In this document: positions 8,240-18,252 of the stretch, one piece after another
Layout of the letters: each line of letters starts with the position of its first letter
Numbering within the stretch: position 1 is the stretch's first letter
NCBI GenBank assembly: GCA_945637645.1
Contig: CALZDK010000001.1
Coordinates: 1-36,983, forward strand
Length of the DNA stretch: 36,983 bases
Direction of reading: 5' to 3'
Origin: an uncultured Prevotella sp.
GTDB taxonomy: Bacteria > Bacteroidota > Bacteroidia > Bacteroidales > Bacteroidaceae
Program-made: the position numbers and the translations under genes
Notes under the pieces: model-generated
Database searches by the model: none
Told to the model about the DNA's origin: nothing
What the model saw: only the letters and a program-made list of their open reading frames with translations

Positions 8240-8305
8240 GAGATTTTGTTGGAAAGATGAGGAAATATTGCTGGACAGTTGATGAAATTTTGTTGGTCAG
8301 TTGGA
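8240..8305 (+). repeat. Three imperfect 22-bp tandem repeats between the divergent carB and ileS promoters
   Basis: GAGATTTTGTTGGAAAGATGAG / GAAATATTGCTGGACAGTTGAT / GAAATTTTGTTGGTCAGTTGGA. Confidence 0.75.
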
Positions 8306-8341
8306 GAAAAAGGATTTGTACCTTAAAAAATATTATTTTAT

Positions 8342-8372
8342 TTTGTGGTATCGGAAATTCTTAGTACCTTTG
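8342..8372 (+). promoter_or_regulatory. Sigma-A promoter of ileS
   Basis: TTTG (8342-8345), 19-nt spacer, TACCTTTG (8365-8372). Confidence 0.8.
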
Positions 8373-8412
8373 CAAACTAAAAAAAATAAACAATTAAATA
8401 CGAAATAGAAAC

Positions 8413-11400
8413 ATGGCTAATAAATTTGCCGAACATAATGGTTTAAACTTGACTCAAGTAAACAAGGACATACTTGAGGCATGGAACCGTAACGATGTGT
8501 TCCACAAGACGATAGACGAACGTGAAGGTTGTCCGCAGTTTGTGTTCTTCGAGGGACCTCCCTCGGCAAACGGACACCCGGGAATACACCATGTGCTCGC
8601 ACGCGCCATAAAGGACACCTTCAACAGATACAAGACGATGAAGGGCTATCAGGTGAAGCGAAAGGCAGGATGGGACACACACGGACTGCCCGTGGAGCTC
8701 GGTGTGGAGAAGGAACTTGGAATAACCAAGGCAGACATCGACAACCATGAGTCGGACAAATACATCTCTGTGGAGGACTACAACCACCGCTGCCGTGAAA
8801 ACGTGATGAAATTCACAGCAGAGTGGCGACAGCTGACAGAGGAGATGGGCTATTTCGTTGACCTCGACCACCCTTACATCACCTACGACAACAAGTACAT
8901 AGAGACTCTTTGGTGGCTGCTCAGACAACTCTACGACAAGGGCTTGCTCTACAAGGGCTACACCATTCAGCCTTACTCCCCAGGAGCGGGAACAGGACTC
9001 TCGTCGCACGAGCTGAACCAGCCTGGTTGCTACCGCGACGTGAAGGACACCACAGCCACAGCCCTCTTCGAGCTCACGGAACCTAAGGCGGAGTGGGGCG
9101 AATGGGGAAAGGCATATTTCGCCGCATGGACAACAACACCATGGACACTGCCTTCTAACACCGCTCTCTGCGTGGGACCAAGCTACACCTACTGCGTGGT
9201 GAAGACCTACAATGCCTACACCGACGAGAAGATAATGATAATTGTGGCTGAGGACAGACTCGCCGCTTATCTGAAGCCTGAGGGAGCAGAACTGCCTCTC
9301 GCCGACTACAAACACGGCGACAAGGTGGTGCCATACGAGATTGTGGCACGCTACAAGGGTTCGGAACTCGTGGGAATGGGCTACAAGCAGCTCATGCCTT
9401 GGGTGAAGCCATGCATGAAACTGGAGCCTCAGGCAGCCGAATATATAAAGAGGTATGCGGAGCAGCACCCCGAAAAGGTGTTCGACGCCGAAAACGGCAA
9501 AGACCGCTTCGTGGAGATGGAGGAACAGGCGTTCCGAGTAATACCTGGAGACTATGTCACCACCGACGACGGTACGGGAATAGTACACATTGCGCCTACC
9601 TTCGGTGCCGATGACGCAAAGGTGGCGAAGGATGCAGAGATTCCGTCGCTCTTCCTCATCAGCAAGAAGGGCGAGACACGACCAATGGTTGACCTGCAGG
9701 GAAAATACTACCTCACAACGGAACTCGACAGCAACTTCGTGGCAGCCTGCGTGGATAAGGAAGCCTACGGAAAACATGAGGGCGACTATGTGAAGAACGC
9801 CTACAAGCCAGAGTTCAACATCGACGGAAAGTACGACGAGAAGGCTGCGGCAAAGGCAGAGGACCTCAACATTGAGATCTGCATGGAGATGAAGCAGGAA
9901 GGAACGGCGCTGAAGATAGAGAAGCACGTTCACAACTATCCGCACTGCTGGCGAACGGACAAGCCTGTGCTCTACTATCCGCTCGACTCGTGGTTCATTC
10001 GATCCACGGCGAAAAAGGAGCGTATGTCGGAGCTGAACAAAACGATAAACTGGCAACCGGAATCCACCGGAACAGGACGCTTCGGCAACTGGCTCGACAA
10101 CCTCAACGACTGGAACCTCTCTCGCTCACGCTATTGGGGCACACCGCTGCCAATATGGCGCGACGAGGACGGCGAGGAAATCTGCATCGGAAGCCTACAG
10201 GAACTCTTCGACGAGATAGAGAAGTCTGTGAAGGCAGGTCTGATGGCAAGCAACCCGCTGAAAGACAACGGTTTCGTGCCAGGTGACTACTCGCAGGAGA
10301 ACTACGACAAGATAGACCTCCACCGCCCATACGTTGACAACATTGTATTGGTGAGCCCAACGGGAAAGGCTATGAAGCGCGAGACAGACCTCATCGACGT
10401 GTGGTTCGACTCTGGTTCAATGCCATACGCACAGATTCACTATCCTTTTGAGAACCGTGATCTTATCGACGAGCGAAAGGCATTCCCCGCCGACTTCATC
10501 AACGAGGGCGTTGACCAGACGCGAGGTTGGTTCTTCACGCTCCACGCCATAGCAACAATGGTGTTCGATTCAGTTGCCTTCAAAAACGTAATCTCGTCGG
10601 GACTGGTGCTTGACGCAAAGGGCAACAAGATGTCGAAACATGTGGGCAACGTGGTGAATCCTTTCGACCAGATAGAGAAATACGGTGCCGACCCGGTGCG
10701 CTTCTACATGATGACAAACTCAGAGCCTTGGGACAACCTCAAATACGACCCGGAGGGAGTGGATGAGGTGCGCCGCAAGTTCTTCGGCACATTATATAAT
10801 ACATACTCGTTCTTCAGCCTCTACGCCAACGTCGATGGCTTCGACTACTCGCAGCAAGACGTGCCTGTGGCAGAACGTCCGGAGATTGACCGCTGGATTC
10901 TCTCCGTGCTACACTCGCTCATAAAGGGTGTGGACCGTGAGATGCAGAACTACGACCCGACACGCGCCGGAAGACTGATAGAGTCGTTCATCAACGACGA
11001 CCTCAGCAACTGGTATGTCCGTCTCAACCGCAAACGCTTCTGGGGCAAGGAGATGAGTCAGGACAAGCTGTCGGCTTACCAAACACTCTACACCTGTCTT
11101 GAGACAGTGGCAAGACTGCTGGCTCCTTTCGCCCCATTCTATGCCGACCGCCTCTTCCTCGACCTCACGCAAGTCACTGGCAGCGACAACGCATGCTCCG
11201 TACATCTCGCCAAGTTCCCCGAGGCAGACGAGAGCATGATAGACACCGACCTTGAGCAGCGCATGGCAATGGCACAGAAGATAACATCCATGGTATTGGC
11301 ACTGCGCAGGAAGGTGAGCATAAAGGTGCGTCAGCCACTGCAGGCGATAATGATTCCTGCCGTCGACGACGAGCAGCGCAAGCACATTGAGGCAGTGAAG

Positions 11401-11979
11401 GAACTGATAATGAACGAGGTGAACGTAAAGGAGCTGAAATTCGTTGAGGGTCAGGGTATTCTCGTTAAAAAGGTGAAGTGTAACTTCAGGACGATGGGAA
11501 AGAAGTTTGGCAAGATGATGAAAGCCATAGCTGCCGCCACTGCCGCCTTCGACCAAGATCAGATTGCCGCTCTGGAGAACAACGGACAGACGGAACTCGA
11601 CATCGACGGACAGAAAGTAACCATAGAGGCTGCCGACGTGGAGATAATCAGCGAGGACATCCCAGGATGGCTCGTCACCAACGAGGGCAACCTCACCGTG
11701 GCTCTTGAGGTGGAACTCACCGACGAGTTGCGCAACGAGGGTGTGGCACGAGAGCTCATCAACCGAATTCAGAACCTCAGAAAGGAAAGCGGACTGGAGA
11801 TTACAGACCACATCAGCGTGGTAATAACACGCCTTGAGGCAATAGAGAAGTCGATGGGCGACTTCGCCGACTACGTGAAGGAGCAAGTGCTGGCAGACAG
11901 CATTGAGCTCGGCGACAACGACGGCGTGGAGCTCGACATCGACGAGATGAAGCTAAACATCAAAATAGAAAAACTATAA
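8413..11979 (+). CDS. ileS: Isoleucine--tRNA ligase (type 2)
   Basis: EGPPSANGHPGIHH (HIGH-like), GWDTHGLPVE, WTTTPWT editing motif, KMSKH. Confidence 0.98.
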   Translation: MANKFAEHNGLNLTQVNKDILEAWNRNDVFHKTIDEREGCPQFVFFEGPPSANGHPGIHHVLARAIKDTFNRYKTMKGYQVKRKAGWDTHGLPVELGVEKELGITKADIDNHESDKYISVEDYNHRCRENVMKFTAEWRQLTEEMGYFVDLDHPYITYDNKYIETLWWLLRQLYDKGLLYKGYTIQPYSPGAGTGLSSHELNQPGCYRDVKDTTATALFELTEPKAEWGEWGKAYFAAWTTTPWTLPSNTALCVGPSYTYCVVKTYNAYTDEKIMIIVAEDRLAAYLKPEGAELPLADYKHGDKVVPYEIVARYKGSELVGMGYKQLMPWVKPCMKLEPQAAEYIKRYAEQHPEKVFDAENGKDRFVEMEEQAFRVIPGDYVTTDDGTGIVHIAPTFGADDAKVAKDAEIPSLFLISKKGETRPMVDLQGKYYLTTELDSNFVAACVDKEAYGKHEGDYVKNAYKPEFNIDGKYDEKAAAKAEDLNIEICMEMKQEGTALKIEKHVHNYPHCWRTDKPVLYYPLDSWFIRSTAKKERMSELNKTINWQPESTGTGRFGNWLDNLNDWNLSRSRYWGTPLPIWRDEDGEEICIGSLQELFDEIEKSVKAGLMASNPLKDNGFVPGDYSQENYDKIDLHRPYVDNIVLVSPTGKAMKRETDLIDVWFDSGSMPYAQIHYPFENRDLIDERKAFPADFINEGVDQTRGWFFTLHAIATMVFDSVAFKNVISSGLVLDAKGNKMSKHVGNVVNPFDQIEKYGADPVRFYMMTNSEPWDNLKYDPEGVDEVRRKFFGTLYNTYSFFSLYANVDGFDYSQQDVPVAERPEIDRWILSVLHSLIKGVDREMQNYDPTRAGRLIESFINDDLSNWYVRLNRKRFWGKEMSQDKLSAYQTLYTCLETVARLLAPFAPFYADRLFLDLTQVTGSDNACSVHLAKFPEADESMIDTDLEQRMAMAQKITSMVLALRRKVSIKVRQPLQAIMIPAVDDEQRKHIEAVKELIMNEVNVKELKFVEGQGILVKKVKCNFRTMGKKFGKMMKAIAAATAAFDQDQIAALENNGQTELDIDGQKVTIEAADVEIISEDIPGWLVTNEGNLTVALEVELTDELRNEGVARELINRIQNLRKESGLEITDHISVVITRLEAIEKSMGDFADYVKEQVLADSIELGDNDGVELDIDEMKLNIKIEKL

Positions 11980-12002
11980 GAACCTCTAAAATATTGCGAA
12001 TT

Positions 12003-12380
12003 ATGACTGAAAAGACACGCTATAGCGACGAGGAACTTGAGGAGTTCAAGGCTATAATAGACGAAAAGTTAAGGCTCGCAAAGCGAGACTACGAAGAGAT
12101 GATGGACACCTTGATGAACAAGAACGGCAACGACGTGGACGACACCTCGCCGACATACAAGGTGCTGGAGGAAGGCAGCGCAACGCAGTCGAAGGAAGAA
12201 CTCATACAGTTGGCAGGACGCCAGCAGAAGTTCATCCAAGGACTTGAGGCCGCCCTGGTAAGAATAAAGAACAAGACCTACGGCATCGACCGCATAACAG
12301 GCAAACTCATACCAAAGGAGCGCCTGAAGGCTGTTCCACATGCCACTCTCAGCGTGGAGTCAAAACAGAGTCGCCGATGA
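12003..12380 (+). CDS. TraR/DksA family transcription factor, cysteine-free
   Basis: Coiled coil followed by ALVRIKNKTYGIDRITGKLIPKERLKAVPHATLS; usual ileS-dksA-lspA order; ATG at 12003. Confidence 0.9.
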   Translation: MTEKTRYSDEELEEFKAIIDEKLRLAKRDYEEMMDTLMNKNGNDVDDTSPTYKVLEEGSATQSKEELIQLAGRQQKFIQGLEAALVRIKNKTYGIDRITGKLIPKERLKAVPHATLSVESKQSRR

Positions 12381-13054
12381 GCTGCCCTATGAGGAAACTG
12401 TCGCGTGGCAACGTGGCGGTGCTGCTTCTCGTCTTCATTCTCTTGGCTGACCAAGTGTCGAAGATTCTTGTGAAGACAAACATGACAATACACGAGAGTA
12501 TAGAGATATTCAGTTGGTTCAAGATCCTCTTTATCGAGAACAACGGAATGGCTTACGGCATGGAGATAGGCAGCAAACTGCTGCTCTCCCTGATGCGAGT
12601 CCTGCTCATCGGAGTGCTGTCGGTCTATCTCGTGCGTGAGATAAAGGAAAAGGCGCGCTGGGGATATATAGTGTGTCTCGTCATGGTGGTGGCAGGAGCC
12701 ATAGGCAACATGATAGACGGAATGTTCTACGGACTGATTTTCGACGAGTCAACACCCTACACGGTGTCGGAACTCGTGCCTTTCGGCAGCGGATATTCCT
12801 CGTTCATGACGGGGAAGGTGGTCGATATGCTCTATTTCCCTATCATCAACACCACATGGCCCGAGTGGGTTCCAATGGTGGGAGGCGAGGGCTTCATCTT
12901 CTTCAGCCCCATATTCAACATTGCCGACTCAAGCATCAGTGTGGGAGTGGTGGCGTTGCTGATATGGTACAGAAAGGAACTCGCGGAGATGTCTGTGGAG
13001 AATATTCTCGGACGCAAGAAAAACGACAGTCTGCAGAAGACGGAAGATAAATGA
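12377..13054 (+). CDS. lspA: Lipoprotein signal peptidase II
   Basis: DQVSK, ENNGMAYG, GAIGNMID, VVDM and FNIAD motifs. The start may be 12389. Confidence 0.95.
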   Translation: MSCPMRKLSRGNVAVLLLVFILLADQVSKILVKTNMTIHESIEIFSWFKILFIENNGMAYGMEIGSKLLLSLMRVLLIGVLSVYLVREIKEKARWGYIVCLVMVVAGAIGNMIDGMFYGLIFDESTPYTVSELVPFGSGYSSFMTGKVVDMLYFPIINTTWPEWVPMVGGEGFIFFSPIFNIADSSISVGVVALLIWYRKELAEMSVENILGRKKNDSLQKTEDK

Positions 13055-13989
13055 CAAACATGATGACGACAGGACGACGGATAGGCACATTCTTCGCGGC
13101 GGCAATATCGCTGCTGCTCTTGGGCTGCAAGCCCTCGGTGCCGAGTGAGTATATCTCACCCGGGGACATGGAAGACTTGCTCTACGACTACTATTTGTCG
13201 CAGGCAATGGCTGACATCGACACCAAAGACGGAAGGATGGGCTACAACCGTAGGCTCTATTTCCTTTCTGTGCTGAAGAAACACGGAGTGACTGAGGCAG
13301 AGTTCGACTCCTCTATGGTCTATTACTACAGCAGGGCGGACTACATGAGAAAGATATACGCAAACCTGCAGGAGAGAATAGACGAGGAGACAACGGGAGC
13401 CGCTGCGGCGGAAATGAGAAAACGTTTCGTGGTGGGAGGTGACACAGCCGACGTGTGGAGAGAGAAAAAAGCATTCTTCCTGACTCCGGCAGTGCCTTAC
13501 AACAGAGTGGATTTCACGGTGAAGGCAGACACTGCGTTCAGAAAGGGAGACACCTATCTTCTGACTTTCGACACCAACTTCCTCTATCAGAGCGGTACAA
13601 AGGACGCCACAATATACATGGCGGTGAGATATGCTACCGACAGCATCGCATCATACACAAGGACGGTGTCGATGACAGGCATCACGGAGCTTAGGGTGAC
13701 ACCTAACGACGACGAGATGGTGCGCGACATACGTGGTTTTATTTATCTCGACCGTGGACGCGACGAGACATCTACACTGAAGATGATGTTCGTCAACAAC
13801 ATACAATTCCTCAGGATGAGGAAACAGAAGGACAAGGAAACACCGTCTCTGAGCAATGGAAGCCCAACGGCGGCAAAGGGCGACTCTGCCGCAAGACAAC
13901 GCCCCGACAGCCTTCGTCCGATACCCCATCGACCAAACACACCACCCCTGCCGCCCAACATGCGGCAACAACCGCTGAAGACGCGATGA
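13051..13989 (+). CDS. DUF4296 domain lipoprotein
   Basis: Lipobox LLLGC, MEDLLYDY, KKHGVTEAEFDSSMVYY; Pro-rich tail. Confidence 0.85.
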   Translation: MTNMMTTGRRIGTFFAAAISLLLLGCKPSVPSEYISPGDMEDLLYDYYLSQAMADIDTKDGRMGYNRRLYFLSVLKKHGVTEAEFDSSMVYYYSRADYMRKIYANLQERIDEETTGAAAAEMRKRFVVGGDTADVWREKKAFFLTPAVPYNRVDFTVKADTAFRKGDTYLLTFDTNFLYQSGTKDATIYMAVRYATDSIASYTRTVSMTGITELRVTPNDDEMVRDIRGFIYLDRGRDETSTLKMMFVNNIQFLRMRKQKDKETPSLSNGSPTAAKGDSAARQRPDSLRPIPHRPNTPPLPPNMRQQPLKTR

Positions 13990-14219
13990 AGAGTGAGGGT
14001 AACGGGGCGCGCCGGAGAAAGGTGGCTGCGCACAGGCTGATTACCTCTGAGGGTGAGCTGCCGATGGCTGTGGTGGAAATAGCCTGCGGAGTGGTAACCG
14101 CTTACAGACATCTCGACGGTGAGGAACCTTTCACGGAATGGGTAGGAGGCGAGATAGTGCTGGAGCGCGACATCCACGGCAGGCTGAGAGCCTTCCATGG
14201 AGGCAGACTCTTGGAATAG
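13986..14219 (+). CDS. Small hypothetical protein
   Basis: ATGA overlap with the upstream stop codon; EEPFTEWVGG motif; fills the operon gap. Confidence 0.7.
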   Translation: MKSEGNGARRRKVAAHRLITSEGELPMAVVEIACGVVTAYRHLDGEEPFTEWVGGEIVLERDIHGRLRAFHGGRLLE

Positions 14220-14256
14220 GCAGACAATTTATTACAGAACTTTAAATATTAAAACT

Positions 14257-15537
14257 ATGAATCTGAAAATACGCTTGGCTGTGATGAACTTCCTCGAATT
14301 TGCGGTTTGGGGAGCTTACCTTACATCTATGGGACGCTATCTCGGAGATGTAGGAATGGGAGGCGACATTGGATTCTTCTATTCCATGCAAGGAGTGGTT
14401 TCCATTTTCATGCCCGCTCTCATAGGCATAATAGCCGACAGATGGCTGCAGGCACAGAAGATGTTGGGACTTTGCCATTTCATTGCCGGCGCATTCATGA
14501 TTCTTCTCGCCACATACTGCAACCATGTGGGATGGGAGCACCTCAACCGTGCGGTGGTCTTCTCGCTCTATTCAGTGTCGGTGGCATTCTATATGCCTAC
14601 CATCGCACTGTCCAATTCCGTGGCATTCAACGCACTGCAGAAAGCAGACATGGACACGGTGAAGATTTTTCCCGCAATACGTGTGTTCGGCACCATAGGT
14701 TTCATCATAGCCATGTGGTTTGTCGATATTATGGGCTACGAGGTTGACGAGCGGCAGTTCATGACCTCGGGAGCGTTGGGAATATTGCTGTTCCTCTATT
14801 CGCTGACGTTGCCAAAGTGTGCCATCATCAAGGACAACACAAAAAACAAGTCTGTATATGATGCCTTGGGCTTCAGCGCTTTCAAGTTGTTCAAGCAGAA
14901 GAAGATGGCTCTTTTCTTCATCTTCTCCATGATGCTTGGAGTGAGCCTTCAGATAACCAACGGCTTCGCAAATCCTTTCATCAGCAGTTTCGCCTCTATG
15001 CCCGAATATGCCGACACGTTTGGAGTGCAGCACACCAACATATTGATCTCCCTCTCGCAAATCAGCGAGGCTTGCTGCATATTGCTCATTCCTTTCGCCA
15101 TGAAGAAGTTCGGAATAAAGAACGTGATGCTCATAGCTATGGTGGCATGGGTGTTTCGATTCGGACTCTTCGGCCTTGGCAACCCCGGAGACGGAGTGTG
15201 GATGTTCATTCTCTCAATGCTCGTCTATGGAGTGGCTTTCGACTTCTTCAACATCAGCGGAGCATTCTTTGTTGACATGAACACCGACCCAAGTATGAGG
15301 TCGAGCGCACAGGGACTGTTCATGCTCATGACCAACGGCATTGGTGCAACGTTTGGCACTTTGGCGGCTCAGGAGGTTGTGAACCAATTCACCACAACAA
15401 AGGACTTTGGCGAATACAGTTTCATCGTCGGCGATTGGTCGACGTGTTGGTTCATCTTCGCTGCATACGCATTGTTCGTCGCAGTGTCATTCGCATTCGT
15501 TTTCAGACCGAAAAATATCAAGGCTTATGATAGATGA
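14257..15537 (+). CDS. Nucleoside:H+ symporter (NupG-like MFS)
   Basis: MNFLEFAVWGAY, IIADRW, IRVFGTIGFI and SQISE motifs; many TM helices; ATG 14257 follows an AT-rich leader. Confidence 0.92.
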   Translation: MNLKIRLAVMNFLEFAVWGAYLTSMGRYLGDVGMGGDIGFFYSMQGVVSIFMPALIGIIADRWLQAQKMLGLCHFIAGAFMILLATYCNHVGWEHLNRAVVFSLYSVSVAFYMPTIALSNSVAFNALQKADMDTVKIFPAIRVFGTIGFIIAMWFVDIMGYEVDERQFMTSGALGILLFLYSLTLPKCAIIKDNTKNKSVYDALGFSAFKLFKQKKMALFFIFSMMLGVSLQITNGFANPFISSFASMPEYADTFGVQHTNILISLSQISEACCILLIPFAMKKFGIKNVMLIAMVAWVFRFGLFGLGNPGDGVWMFILSMLVYGVAFDFFNISGAFFVDMNTDPSMRSSAQGLFMLMTNGIGATFGTLAAQEVVNQFTTTKDFGEYSFIVGDWSTCWFIFAAYALFVAVSFAFVFRPKNIKAYDR

Positions 15538-16099
15538 CATAATGATAAAGCTCAGACTCGAATCGGTGATGTCGATGGAGAGCAGTGGCCATCAGCTGTC
15601 GCTCGTAACGCTGATAAACGATAAGGAGGACAGACAACTGACTTTTGTCTGCGACCGATATGTGCGCGACCAATTCGTCACGCGAGATACGGCGAAGACA
15701 AAAATCGACACAATCCGACTGCTCCCTGAGGTGCTTATAGAGATACTGCGCAACAACAGGACAATGGAGCTGAAGAACCTGCGGATCATTATCTATGGTG
15801 TGTATGAGGGAGAGTATGAGACAGAGCTTGAGGACTTGAACAGCAGCCTCACCTATCCCATACGCCTTAGCGACGCTGTCCTTCTCTCAAGCATCAGCAA
15901 AATACCTATATATGTGCTCTCTTCAATCCTCGACAGACAGGGTACACCCTATTCCAAACAGGACATGTACACCAAGTCGATGCCAATAAACATATTGCCT
16001 GAGGATAATCTTAGAGAAGCACTCCAGAACGCCATCAACAACGAAGACTATCAGTTGGCAAAGGTGTTGTCGGACGAATTGAAAAAACGTAAAAAATAG
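15527..16099 (+). CDS. Bifunctional nuclease (DUF151) family protein with C-terminal UVR domain
   Basis: IRLSDAVLL...PIYV and LQNAINNEDYQLAKVLSDE motifs; nupG-DUF151-rsmE order. The start may be 15542. Confidence 0.8.
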   Translation: MIDDIMIKLRLESVMSMESSGHQLSLVTLINDKEDRQLTFVCDRYVRDQFVTRDTAKTKIDTIRLLPEVLIEILRNNRTMELKNLRIIIYGVYEGEYETELEDLNSSLTYPIRLSDAVLLSSISKIPIYVLSSILDRQGTPYSKQDMYTKSMPINILPEDNLREALQNAINNEDYQLAKVLSDELKKRKK

Positions 16100-16106
16100 G
16101 TTTTCT

Positions 16107-16841
16107 ATGAAAGAGATAAGGTTTTTCTATGTTCCTGACGTCAACACGACGAACGAACTGCCAGAGGAAGAAGCTATGCACGCCTTGAGAGTGCTGCGTC
16201 TGAAATCGGGTGATGAGATGATGCTTACCGACGGTGAGGGAAATTTCTACAAGGCGGAAATCACCATTGCCGCCACAAGGAAATGTATGTTCCGACTGTT
16301 GGAGACATTGCCGCAGAAAGCATTGTGGCAAGGTCATCTGCATCTTGTCGTGTCGCCAACGAAGATGATGGAGAGGATGGAATGGATGATAGAGAAGGCA
16401 ACAGAGATTGGTTTCGACAGAATATCGTTCATCAACTGCGACAACTCTGAGCGAAGGGTGGTAAAAACACGACGCTTGGAGAAAATTGTTGTAGCGGCAA
16501 TGAAACAAAGCCGTAAGGCGTGGAAACCTGTCGTGGATGAGATTGTGACGTTCGACGAATTTCTAAACCATCCCAACGACGGACTGAAATATATTGCTCA
16601 TTGCTACGACGAGATTCCGAAGAGTGACTTCTTTGACAACCTCGTGGCTGCCGACAAGAATGCCAACGTCACGATAATGATTGGACCCGAGGGCGATTTC
16701 TCCGTCAGCGAGGTGGAGAAGGCAATGGCTGCAGGATATGAGTCGGTATCGCTCGGCGAGAGCAGGCTGCGCACTGAGACGGCTGCCTTGGCTTCAGTGA
16801 TGATGGCGAACCTATGTAAAAGGGTTAAGGTTGAAAGTTGA
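16107..16841 (+). CDS. rsmE: 16S rRNA m3U1498 methyltransferase
   Basis: HALRVLR, EKATEIG, IGPEGDFS and LGESRLRTETA motifs. Confidence 0.96.
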   Translation: MKEIRFFYVPDVNTTNELPEEEAMHALRVLRLKSGDEMMLTDGEGNFYKAEITIAATRKCMFRLLETLPQKALWQGHLHLVVSPTKMMERMEWMIEKATEIGFDRISFINCDNSERRVVKTRRLEKIVVAAMKQSRKAWKPVVDEIVTFDEFLNHPNDGLKYIAHCYDEIPKSDFFDNLVAADKNANVTIMIGPEGDFSVSEVEKAMAAGYESVSLGESRLRTETAALASVMMANLCKRVKVES

Positions 16842-18200
16842 ATGTTGAAAATGGAGAAAAAGATATATCGTTTTACACTTGTGGCTCTGTTTGCAGCACT
16901 TCTGTGCTCGTGCTCCTCTAACTACGTTGACGTTGTTCCACACAACGCAAAGGCTGTTGTGGCGATAAACCCAAAGCAGTTGGGAACAGACCGTGAGCTT
17001 GTGGCTTTGGGAAAGATCCTGGGAGTGGAGTCTGTGGAGAATTGCGGCATCGACCTAAAGGAAAAAATCTTTCTCTTCATGGCTCCTGACGGTATGCTCG
17101 GACTCGTGGCTGCCGTAACATCGGAGAGTGATGTGGAGAAGGTGTTCGATAGTCTCGTTGAGAAGAAAATGGCTACAGAGTTTGAGGATTACAAAGGATA
17201 TGATTTCTCTGTGGTGAACAATAGTTTCCTCGTGGGGAAGTCGTCAAAGGCTCTGTTGGTCATGGGACCTTCCGTAGCATCTGACCATTTAGTGCTGAAA
17301 CGAAGGATGGCAAAATACCTGAGTGCAGAGAGCGAGGGCGGTTTCGGAAGCACCGAAATGTATGATCGCCTCTCTGACATTGACGCTGCCTTGGCTGTGG
17401 TGGCACAACTGAGAATGTTGCCTGAGAATGTCTCCGTGCCTTTCTCCATGACGCTGCCAAAAAATGTGCCAATGGAAAAATGCTACGTCGCTGCTGCGGT
17501 AAGAAAACAGGGCAAGACTCTCTCGATAGAGGGAGAGACTTTCTCTTTCGACAGCCAGACAGACGACTCTATCAATGCAATGAAGGACAAGTTCAAGCCC
17601 ATTGCCGACAGCTATCTCAACACCATACCCTCAGACAGGCTGATGTCGCTGACCTGTTCCATGGCAGGAAACGACTTGTTGAACATGATGCGTAGCAACA
17701 ACGAGATGCGGACCTTGCTCTTTGGAGTAAACACTTCCATCGATATTGACAAGATGGTGAGGAGCGTTGACGGACAGATCGTTGTAGGCTACGACGACAA
17801 TAACGACGAGAACAATTTCTCTTTGCTCGCCGAGGTGAACAACATGGATTGGATAGCAGACGTGGACTATTGGAAACGGTCTTCGCCTCATGGAACAGTG
17901 ATAGACGACATGGGCGAGGGAAAATACCGCATACACAGCGATGCCATGGACGTGTTCTTTGGGGTTGAAAAAAGCAGGAAACTGCTCTACATCACCTCTG
18001 AGGAAGAGGTGGCTGACAACTGCACCAAGGATGCCAAAAAACCGATCGACAGTGAGATAAAGGCGATGACCGTGGGAAAGAAACTCGCCATAATCGTCAA
18101 CATCAACTCTCTTCTTAAAGTCTTTGACGTGAACATGGGAGCGGGAGTTGCATTGTCGATGTTGGGAGGTATAGACACCATTGTGGTGACGGAGAAATAA
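16842..18200 (+). CDS. DUF4836-like lipoprotein
   Basis: Lipobox LLCSC, CGIDL..KIFLF motif; precedes ABC transporter genes. Confidence 0.75.
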   Translation: MLKMEKKIYRFTLVALFAALLCSCSSNYVDVVPHNAKAVVAINPKQLGTDRELVALGKILGVESVENCGIDLKEKIFLFMAPDGMLGLVAAVTSESDVEKVFDSLVEKKMATEFEDYKGYDFSVVNNSFLVGKSSKALLVMGPSVASDHLVLKRRMAKYLSAESEGGFGSTEMYDRLSDIDAALAVVAQLRMLPENVSVPFSMTLPKNVPMEKCYVAAAVRKQGKTLSIEGETFSFDSQTDDSINAMKDKFKPIADSYLNTIPSDRLMSLTCSMAGNDLLNMMRSNNEMRTLLFGVNTSIDIDKMVRSVDGQIVVGYDDNNDENNFSLLAEVNNMDWIADVDYWKRSSPHGTVIDDMGEGKYRIHSDAMDVFFGVEKSRKLLYITSEEEVADNCTKDAKKPIDSEIKAMTVGKKLAIIVNINSLLKVFDVNMGAGVALSMLGGIDTIVVTEK

Positions 18201-18252
18201 TAGCCCAACAAGGTGAACACATACCTTTTATATAATATATACACAGATATTG

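Noticed and set aside
8240-8305. Possible CRISPR array (also considered for 32101-32210)
   Set aside because: The units are contiguous with no unique spacers, too degenerate, and there are no cas genes.
8373-8412. T-box leader for ileS
   Set aside because: The promoter is only ~40 nt from the ATG, leaving no room, and there is no T-box consensus.
8443-10056. 537-aa antisense ORF, and similar ones (10909-11886, 7380-8201, 28140-29030, 26458-27150, 3965-4702)
   Set aside because: They are shadows of well-supported genes on the opposite strand, expected from the strong codon bias, and have no recognisable motifs.
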